Translations under genes and position numbers: made by a program
The notes under the pieces: model-generated
Seen by the model: only the letters and a program-made list of their open reading frames with translations
The model's database searches: none
Told to the model about the DNA's origin: nothing
In this document: piece by piece, positions 1 through 7,221 of the stretch
Numbering within the stretch: the stretch's first letter is position 1
How the letters are laid out: each line of letters starts with the position of its first letter
NCBI RefSeq assembly: GCF_006345805.1
Contig: NW_021826423.1
Span: forward strand, 1-12,949
Length of the DNA stretch: 12,949 nucleotides
Direction: 5' to 3'
Origin: Octopus sinensis
Taxonomy: Eukaryota

Positions 1-289
1 GCGCCAGTTTTGAAAAATGTGCTCTGAGGAGCGGTCGCTCCCCTTCCTTTCGGATTGCCTGCGCCACTGCTTATGGCCCTCTCGCATTACAGTGAAGTCG
101 ATTCTTAAAAAGAGCGAACAAAGAACAATCGATATACTGGTTCTTGAAAACTCCCCCCCCACCACCACCACACACGTATTATACATCTATAATGCTTATA
201 CACCAGTGCGTTTGCACATAATAAAACAAACATAGATAATTGCAATAAACCAAAAATTTATGTTTCGTAGCTTCGTTTGTTCTTACATA

Positions 290-304
290 TGTGTGTGTAT
301 GTGT

Positions 305-344
<40 letters not shown>

Positions 345-348
345 ATGT
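290..348. repeat. (TG)n microsatellite
   Basis: Direct inspection: near-pure TG run with few interruptions. Confidence 0.95.
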
Positions 349-457
349 GTAATGCGGGTGTGTACTAAATGAGCCTTTGCCATACGGCTTTTAGCGTCGT
401 TTTACTATGTTAAACGTTCGTGTTCAAACCCGAAGTGCCAATAAATAGGCAACATAT

Positions 458-488
458 TTCATTCATTCATTCATTCATTCTTTCATTC
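458..488. repeat. (TTCA)n tetranucleotide microsatellite
   Basis: ttcattcattcattcattcattctttcattc. Confidence 0.9.
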
Positions 489-895
489 TTTTGTTCCAAT
501 TAAAACGAACACTTCGAGCAGATCACTACTAAGTTTATATGAAATGTGAGGTTTGTATCAGTGCAGGGCAATAGGAGGGAGAAGCAGTGATTGATTCAGG
601 TGAGAAAGGGCGTTAAGTGCTTAGTGGGTGAAACATAAACCCTGCGCTAAAAAGGCTGGCGATCAATCGAGGGGGTTCATATTGATAAGCTGATTAATGA
701 ATTGCAAAGACCTACGGTACAGGAAGGATAATTGGTAATTATTGATTGATTGATTGTTTCTTTGTATCTGTGTGTGAATCAGGTGAGACTTTTGTCGATC
801 GCCTGTCTTCTACGTTTTGTTGTTAGGTTATTGTTGTTGTGGTTGTTGTGAGTTATGAGTTGCGGGTTTATAGAGGATCTCATCGCGTTCAGTGG

Positions 896-1230
896 TGTAT
901 ACGTGTGTGTATGTGTGTGTGTGTGTGTGTCTATTTCCGCGAGCACACTCGCGCGTGCGCATACATGTCAATCAATCTTTCTTCTTTATCTTTCCTTTAC
1001 ACAAGTCCTGTGTTTTAGTGATTTTTTTGTGTGTGTGTGTGTGTATGCGTCTGTGTGTGTGTATGTGCGTGTGTGTGTGTGCATGTGTTTGTGTGTGCAT
1101 GTGTTTGTTTATATATATATGTATGGTATATTCTGTTTAAAAAACTGTATGTGCGTGTGAGTGTGAGTGTGGATGTGTGCATGTATGTATGCGTGTGTGT
1201 GTGTGTATGTATGTACATATGTATGTATAT
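896..1230. repeat. Degenerate (TG)n/(TATG)n low-complexity tract
   Basis: Interrupted TG and TATG runs; source of the poly-CV/HT ORFs. Confidence 0.9.
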
Positions 1231-1335
1231 ACATTCATATATAAATATACGTATATATACACATATGTTCATATATAAAGTAATTAAGGAACTATTTCTC
1301 CACTTTTGGGCATATAATAAATGCTCACACACACA
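1205..1335 (-). repeat. Left arm of ~130-bp inverted repeat (partner 2450-2580)
   Basis: 1287-1308 AGGAACTATTTCTCCACTTTTG is the exact reverse complement of 2484-2505. The adjacent ~55 bp also align, with 5 mismatches by hand alignment. Confidence 0.85.
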
Positions 1336-1346
1336 CACAACATATA

Positions 1347-1378
<32 letters not shown>

Positions 1379-1404
1379 TAGTTATGTGTGTGGTATTGTA
1401 TATA

Positions 1405-1451
<47 letters not shown>

Positions 1452-1474
1452 ATATATATATATAGTTATGTGTG

Positions 1475-1511
<37 letters not shown>

Positions 1512-1530
1512 CACACATACACACACACAC
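1324..1530. repeat. Compound (CA)n/(TA)n microsatellite with a duplicated AGTTATGTGTG(T)GGTA interruption
   Basis: TA runs interrupted at ~1380 and ~1464 by near-identical short motifs. Confidence 0.9.
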
Positions 1531-1960
1531 TTACATAGTCATGTATATTCTATTAAGAACGTAGTAGATTACAGCATAAAGCTCTTCCACCTTCAGATTT
1601 CTCCCTGTGCTATCTATTAGTTGTAATATAGTAATTCCATGTTTGCGTTTGAGCTTCTGTCGTGTATGAACAGATAATTGAAAAACTCGTCCTTTATCAA
1701 CAACGTATCTTGGTAAACTCGGTGGCTACTACGACAGACAAAGGGGATGTTGTTGAAGCCGAGAATTTGAACTTAGGAGACAATATTTACATATCGCCTG
1801 AGGAAACACAGCTAGATCTCATAATGCAGGGAAACGGTTGCAATTATCAAGTACCTGAACGCTTGGAGAACTACGTTGCGTAGAAACAGGTGTAGCGATT
1901 GAAAATACATGTCCAACCTTACTCCTTCTTGTTGACTCCCAATTTTTTCAGTTATGTATA

Positions 1961-2338
1961 TAGCTTGCATACCAACCACATGGTTCTGGGTTCAGTCTGG
2001 GTTCTGGGCAAGTGTCTTCTGCTATAGCCTCGAGCCGACCAAAGCCTTGTGAATGTATTTGGTAGGCGGAAACTGAAAGAAGCCCGTCGTATATATATAT
2101 ATATGTATGTATGTGTATGTATATGTTTGTGTGTCTCTGTGTGTCTCCACCAATGTCACTTGATAACCGATATTGGTGTGTATACTTCCCTGTAACTTAG
2201 CGATTCGGCAAAATAGACTGATAGAATAGATATTAGGCTTACAAAGAATAATCCCTGGAGTCGATTTGCTCGACTAAAGGCGGTACTCCAGCATGACCGC
2301 AGTCAAATGACTGAAACAAGTTAAAGTGTAAAAGAGTA
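1961..2338 (+). mobile_element. SINE family A (tRNA head + CORE-like domain + internal microsatellite + 3' tail), slightly 5'-truncated; probably octopus OR2-type CORE-SINE
   Basis: B-box-like GGGTTCAGTC; CORE-like TGGGCAAGTGTCTTCT; blocks GGAAACTGAAAGAAGCCC, GTAACTTAGCG and CCAGCATG.CCGCAGTCAAATGACTGAAAC shared with copies at 5401, 6263 and 7150. The family name is from memory. Confidence 0.88.
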
Positions 2339-2452
2339 TGAGTGTGTGTGTGTGTGTGCTTATATATATATATATGTTTGTATATATGTATATATATATA
2401 TGTATATATATATATATGTATATATATATTATATGTATATATATATATGTGT
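2339..2452. repeat. (TG)n/(TA)n microsatellite
   Basis: Direct inspection. Confidence 0.92.
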
Positions 2453-2580
2453 GTATGAGTGTTTATTATATGCATGTATGAAACAAAAGTGGAGAAATAG
2501 TTCCTAAATAGTTCCTATATGAACATAAGTGTATATATACATATATTTATAAATGAAAGTATATGCATACATACATACGT
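2450..2580 (+). repeat. Right arm of ~130-bp inverted repeat (partner 1205-1335)
   Basis: TTTATTATATGC...CAAAAGTGGAGAAATAGTTCCT...TATATGAACATAAGTGTATATATACATATATTTATAAATGAAAGTATATGCATAC matches the reverse complement of the left arm. Confidence 0.85.
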
Positions 2581-2859
2581 ATATATGCATATACATGTCT
2601 GGTAGCAGTTAGCTAATGAGGAAGAGTACCTTACCTATCCTAGCATCAATGAATGAATGTACCCTGTTGTAGAAGGTCACTCCAGGGGGGAGACGTAAGT
2701 TGTGTGTGTATAATTTCACTCTCATCTGGATCACGTCATGAAACGACAACTATTCATAGAAGAGCGAATGGTTTAATTTCTTGCACACTGCGTGATGGTT
2801 TGATATGAATGAAACAGGAGTTAAATACTCCTCAAGGTCTAAACGGTTTCATTTTTGAT

Positions 2860-3078
2860 ATTGGTTTCAAATTTTGGCGCAAGGCCAGCAATTTCATAAG
2901 AGGCGGGTAAATCGATTACATCGTCCTCAGTAGTTAACTGCTGCTTATTTTGTCGACCCCCGAAAGAATGAAAGGCAAGTTCAACCTCGGCGAAATTTGA
3001 ACTCAGAATGTAAAGACAGACGAAATACGGCTAAGTATTTTGCGCGGTGTGCTAACGGTTCTGCCAGCTCTCCGCCTT
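2860..3078 (-). mobile_element. SINE family B (tRNA-derived), near full length
   Basis: Minus strand reads AAGGCGGAGAGCTGGCAGAACCGTTAGC...GTATTTCGTCTGTCTTTACATTCTGAGTTCAAATT (B-box-like)...GCCTTTCATTCTTTCGGGGGTCGAC...CCAAAATTTGAAACCAAT. The 5' half matches 9031-9121. Confidence 0.88.
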
Positions 3079-3514
3079 ACTTTGACTACCAATGTTACCA
3101 GATATTCACACAGAATGAAATTCGAGAATATCTTTGAAAATTAGAGTAGTCTTATTGCCGTCCTTGTCAGCACTCCGCATTCAAGTTTTCCGTCGACCTC
3201 ATCAGTTCAAGAAACGGTACCGGTCCACTTTGACAAGCACTGGTGTATAGCTTTCTATAAGTAGGTTCTGAAACCTGAAGGAAAGAGAAAAAAAAAATCC
3301 TTTCGGTTATAAGCTTAAGTGCACATCAGCTTGTGGCAGTAATTTGTGAACCCGTTCAGGTTTCAGTGTTCAAGGAATCTTGTCAACGTGGTGAAGTCTT
3401 TGAAGTGCGCAACGCCAAATAAAATGTGATATGGAGGTGCCGTGTCATTGTCAGTAAGTCAACTGCATAACCGTAATTATTTCTGGAATGTTAATTAGTC
3501 AGTATGGCCGTCGT

Positions 3515-3522
3515 AGAGAGAA

Positions 3523-3567
<45 letters not shown>

Positions 3568-3575
3568 AAGAAGAG
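3515..3575. repeat. (GA)n microsatellite
   Basis: Direct inspection. Confidence 0.95.
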
Positions 3576-3761
3576 TGGCTTGTTCTACTTGACACATGAG
3601 TGTTTCTGGAGATCAGAGTGTTGAGAAGAGAATGGTGTATAAAGAAGGTCGGATCCGCCGAGAAACAGCGGAGAGAAAAGGCAAAGTGCGTAGGTTTAAT
3701 TTCGTTTAATTAATTTTTTTCAGGTTAAGTCATGTCGACGATTTCAAATAAGTATGCTATA

Positions 3762-3981
3762 CGAGGGGGTACTGAAATGTTTCTGGCTTTAAGGGTGTCA
3801 CGATAGGCTTGGTTGGAGTTTCAACTTTTCGAGTTCTTTTACAGGGCTTGGTGAAACTGAAGGGCCGCTGCGATAAGTGAGTGTATCTGAGAGGGAAGTA
3901 TGTTACATTAAAAACCATACTTGATTGATCCTCTTGGATTTTATTTTACCCAGAGCCCAGAACTTTTCAGCACACCCTTCG
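3762..3981 (+). mobile_element. Tc1/mariner-derived MITE with decayed transposase C-terminal remnant
   Basis: Imperfect ~28-bp terminal inverted repeats: CGAGGGGGTACTGAAATGTTTCTGGCT versus the reverse complement of the right end, CGAAGGGTGTGCTGAAAAGTTCTGGGCT. TA at 3760-3761 on the left, TC on the right. Internal frameshifted peptide AWLEFQLFEFF / LQGLVKLKGRCDK*VYLRGKYV resembles the mariner C-terminal motif (W...EFF..G+.KL..RW.KC+.L.G.YV). Confidence 0.85.
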
Positions 3982-4274
3982 TCCATGGTTCCTTATGACT
4001 AATATCTGTAACGAGTAAGCAAAAAAACAAAAAAAAAAAACCCACACGCAAAGAACAAAAAGGAAACGGAATGTAAGTATGTATATTCATTGTACGTATG
4101 TTTTTGTCTCTAATTTACAATTCAAAATTCCTCCCCCACCCCATGATTTATCAAGAAATGATTATCTCCCTAACAATGACTGGCCATCGGGCCACAATAT
4201 AACCTTGAAAGGAATCATTCTTTCTGTTACCCTATTTATTAGAACAGTCACGAATCTGATCTTCCTTTTTCAAA

Positions 4275-4310
4275 AATAAATAAATAATAAATAAATAAAT
4301 AAATAATAAA
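4275..4310. repeat. (TAAA)n microsatellite
   Basis: Direct inspection. Confidence 0.9.
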
Positions 4311-4564
4311 CGATTCTCTACGAAGGATTATCTGCAAATCACAATTGAAACCTGGCCATATTGTGACTCATGAACGAACATGACCTAATAACATATACCA
4401 TGCTTTCACTAATTGTCTTAGGTGCCTGTGTAGTTGCGAGCAGACATAGACATTCTCCCGTCTCTCCCACCCATGACTTAGCGGCGCGACAAAGATTGTA
4501 CAGTTGGAGGGAGGGAGAATTACACTAGACCTCGGCTGTACTCACTTTTTGGTTGAATAGACCG

Positions 4565-4651
4565 GGCACAAAGCACTGCCCGGTCCAAGAATTGAACCCA
4601 TGACATTATGACTGTGAGCCGATCACCCTAAGCCCTAGACTAGGCACCTTC
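4565..4651 (-). mobile_element. tRNA-derived SINE head (family C), 3'-truncated
   Basis: Minus strand GAAGGTGCCTAGTCTAGGGCTTAGGGTGATCGGCTCAC...GGGTTCAATTCTTGGACCGGGC shows A-box-like and B-box-like motifs at tRNA spacing, but is too degenerate for a tRNA cloverleaf. Confidence 0.6.
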
Positions 4652-5093
4652 ACGACTATTTATTAATATTTTCATTTGCTGGGATGGAGAGACGTTGTCA
4701 ACGTCTATTTTTACTGTTATTGTTGTTTTGCCTCGGCTCAAATTTATGTATTAGATATTGTAAATGATAAAATTCAGATAATTAAACAAGACTATACGAA
4801 GTGATTTGAGGGAGATTTGGTTACTATTTTTTAAGTATTATATTTCTGTTTCCTTTTGTTTTACTAGAAATAATTGAGTAGGATGCGTGAATCATTACAG
4901 GTGTGGCCGGGTGTGGTCAGGTGTGTCAGGTGTGGTCAGGTGTGACCAAGTGTGCTTAGAGACCGCGGTATTCTACTTTCAGAAACAGTCAGTATGCAAT
5001 CATAAAACTAAATGTATCCTTCCATTTTCCAAGACTGTACAGAGTGATTTAAAGTAGATTTGGCAGTTATTTCTAAATATTTCTATTATTTCT

Positions 5094-5270
5094 TCCGGGA
5101 CGATGCACTGTGTTCTTGAGCAAAAGCCTTCATTCCACATCGCTCCTGCCCGCTCAGCTATAAACGAGTAATTCTGCGATGGACTGGTGCCCCGTTCAGA
5201 GGGAAGGTTGACATCTCGGTCCCTTATGCGCCATGGAAACTGTGTAGTGGGCCCTGCGAATCCTAGGAGT
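5094..5270 (+). mobile_element. 5'-truncated SINE body (probably family C; CORE/V-like central motif)
   Basis: TGTGTTCTTGAGCAAAAGCCTTCATTCCAC...GCGATGGACTGGTGCCCCGTTCAG...CCATGGAAAC. Its start CCGGGACGATGCACTGTG overlaps in similarity with the end of the head at 4565-4651 (CCGGGCAGTGCTTTGTG). It interrupts unit 2 of the tandem repeat. Confidence 0.6.
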
Positions 5271-5400
5271 CGAGAGAGTAATTACTGTGTTCACTGTAAT
5301 GATTACCAGGGACGCGCGAATTGGTACAGGTGTGGTCAGGTGTGATCAGGTGTGGTCAGATGGGATTAGAGACAGTAGCGTCCTACATCCAGAGACAACT

Positions 5401-5845
5401 GGAGCAGGCGTGGCTGTGTGGCAAGAAGCTTGCTTCCCAAACACATAGTTCTAGGTTCAGTCCTATTACGTGGCACCTTGAGCCATGCAGTAGGACTGTG
5501 GCTATAGAGGCTATAGCCTTCTATGATACTATAGACAGAGGCTGTAGTCTTCTACTGTAGTCTCGGGCTGACCAAAGCCTCAGGAGAAGATTTGGTAGAT
5601 GGAAACTGAAAGAAGCCCGTTGCATGTATATACATGTGTGTGTGTATGTGTGTCTGTTCCTCCGCCACCGCTTGACAACCAGTGTTAGTGTGTTTACATC
5701 CAGTAACTTAGCGATTCTGCAAAAGAGACCGACAGGCTTAAAAAGAAATGTATGTACTGGTGTCGATTCATCCGACTAAAGATCCTTGAAAGCGATGCCC
5801 CAGCATGGCCGCAATCAAATGATTGAAACAAGCATAAAAGATTTT
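5401..5845 (+). mobile_element. SINE family A, full length, with a ~60-bp insertion in the CORE-like domain
   Basis: GGAGCAGGCGTGGCTGTGTGGCAAGAAGCTTGCTTCCC (A-box-like TGGCTGTGTGG), GGTTCAGTCC, GTGGCACCTTGAGC, then the same body and tail blocks as the other copies. Confidence 0.9.
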
Positions 5846-6159
5846 AAAAAATCTAAACGCATCCCTCCATTTTCCAAGGCTGTACAGAATGATTTGAGGG
5901 AGATTTGACTACTATTTCTCAATATTTCCCCTTCTTCCTGTTTGACTAGATATGAGTGGTGTGTGAATCATCGGCGGAGTGGTCAGGTGTGATTAGACAC
6001 AGCAGTGTTCTACTTTTAATGACCGTAGGCAACATACAATCATAAATCTATAATGATTATCGATCTCAAAATAATTGGAAATTCTGAAACATTCACTTTC
6101 AGCGGCTGAGCTGATTATTCTGTCATTTATATTTTATTATATATTTTTTAGTAGTTTTT

Positions 6160-6240
6160 ATTGTTGTTGTTATGGTGGCTGGCCATGTTGTTATGGTTGT
6201 TGTTGTTATGGATGTTGCTGTTATTGGAGTTGATGTTAGT
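6160..6240. repeat. Degenerate (GTT)n tract
   Basis: Direct inspection. Confidence 0.75.
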
Positions 6241-6262
6241 TTTCTCTTTGGTGTTACGGTCA

Positions 6263-6566
6263 CTTTTATCTTTTACTTGCTTCAGATATGAGGCTGCGGC
6301 CATGCTGGGGCACCGCATTGGATTTTTTAGTTGAATGAATCGAACCTGGGAGTTAAAATTTTTTTTTTTTTTTGCTTTTAAACCTGGTACTTATTCTATC
6401 ATACGACTTTTGCTGAGCCGCTAAGTTACGGCGACGTAAACACACCAATACCGGTTGTCAGGTAGTGGTGGGGTCAGACACAAACACCCACGCCCACATA
6501 CGCACAAAGACATGATATTTATGTATGTATATATATATATATATATATGTATATGTGTGTGTGTGC

Positions 6567-6619
<53 letters not shown>

Positions 6620-6771
6620 ATGGGCTTCTTTCAGTTTCCGTCTACGAAACCCACTCAGAAGGCTTCAGTCAGTTCGATGCTATAGCAGAAGGCATTTGCC
6701 ACGCAGTGGGACTGAACCCGAATCCATGTAGTCGGGAAGCAAACTTCTCCCCACACAGCCACTCCGGCGCC
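6263..6771 (-). mobile_element. SINE family A, full length, with an expanded internal compound microsatellite
   Basis: Minus strand begins GGCGCCGGAGTGGCTGTGTGGGGAGAAGTTTGCTTCCC...GGGTTCAGTCCCACTGCGTGGC...GACGGAAACTGAAAGAAGCCC, then (CA)/(TA) repeats, then CGTAACTTAGCGG...GGTGCCCCAGCATGGCCGCAG...AAGTAAAAGATAAAAG. Confidence 0.9.
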
Positions 6772-6880
6772 TTTGTCGTTGTTGTTGTCGTTGCTCTTGT
6801 TTCTTTTTTGTTGTTAGTGTTGTTAATGCTGTTGTTGTTGTTATCGTTACTGCTGTTGTTGATGTTGATGCTGGTGCTGC
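6772..6880. repeat. Degenerate (GTT)/(GCT)/(GAT) trinucleotide tract
   Basis: Direct inspection; source of the poly-V/L ORF. Confidence 0.85.
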
Positions 6881-7149
6881 GGCTCCTCTTATTTCATCCT
6901 CACATCAACTCAGTTGAGCAACATCTACGATCAAAAGTATTCGTATTCCGACTATAGCCATTCCATTTTTTCCACCCACGGACTGTATTTAGGACTACAT
7001 CATTCAATGTGTCCTTCCCTTTTAAAGATTCTGTCCTGGGATTAGGCTGACATTTCAAGCATGTCGTGTGACCACCTACGATCTCCCCTGTTGGCAGTAA
7101 GCCAACAGAATAAAGATAAAAATTATAAAAATGAAAATAAAAATATATA

Positions 7150-7210
7150 GGGCGATGCTCCAGCATGGCTGCAGTCAAATGACTGAAACATCTAAAAGAA
7201 TAAAAGAATA
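7150..7210 (+). mobile_element. SINE family A, 3'-terminal fragment
   Basis: GGCGATGCTCCAGCATGGCTGCAGTCAAATGACTGAAACATCTAAAAGAATAAAAGAATA matches the tail at 2279-2338. Confidence 0.85.
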
Positions 7211-7221
7211 CACACACACAC

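Larger units (their letters stand above)
4787..6050 (+). repeat. Degenerate three-unit tandem repeat (~180-240 bp unit) with internal (CAGGTGTGGT)n arrays, interrupted by two SINEs
   Basis: CAAG(A/G)CT...GTGATTT...GATTTG...TATTT recurs at 4787, 5030 and 5875. ATCC(T/C)TCCATTTTCC recurs at ~5016 and ~5861. CAGGTGTG...TTAGA.AC...CTAC recurs at ~4898-4980, ~5327-5386 and ~5984-6014. Confidence 0.8.

Noticed and set aside
361-488. Possible degenerate tRNA-like SINE (GTTCAAACC B-box-like motif, TTCA tail)
   Set aside because: No convincing A-box, no cloverleaf and no second copy in the window.
855-1620. ORFs of 82-116 aa rich in CV, HT and YI
   Set aside because: Translations of TG/CA/TA microsatellites, which lack stop codons by construction.
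2670-2700. Possible 9-nt microexon CAG|GGGGGAGAC|GTAAGT
   Set aside because: Good donor but no polypyrimidine tract; expected by chance.
3360-3460. Plus-strand exon candidate ending at CA|GTAAGT
   Set aside because: All three frames contain stops and there is no recognisable peptide.
4565-5270. Inversion splitting one SINE into a minus-strand head and a plus-strand body
   Set aside because: The intervening tandem-repeat units keep the same orientation as those downstream of the body, which an inversion would have flipped. Two independent fragments are simpler.
4898-5366. CRISPR-like or iteron-like array
   Set aside because: 10-bp head-to-tail units without unique spacers, no cas genes, and a eukaryotic repeat context.
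5401-5475. tRNA gene
   Set aside because: A/B-box-like motifs are present, but the sequence continues into a SINE body shared by several copies and does not form a cloverleaf.
5321-5560. 79-aa ORF
   Set aside because: Runs through the 10-mer array and a SINE head; no coding signal.
7088-7108. 8-bp hairpin CTGTTGGC/GCCAACAG as a terminator or Helitron 3' end
   Set aside because: Intrinsic terminators are not relevant in this eukaryotic context, and no CTRR follows at Helitron spacing.
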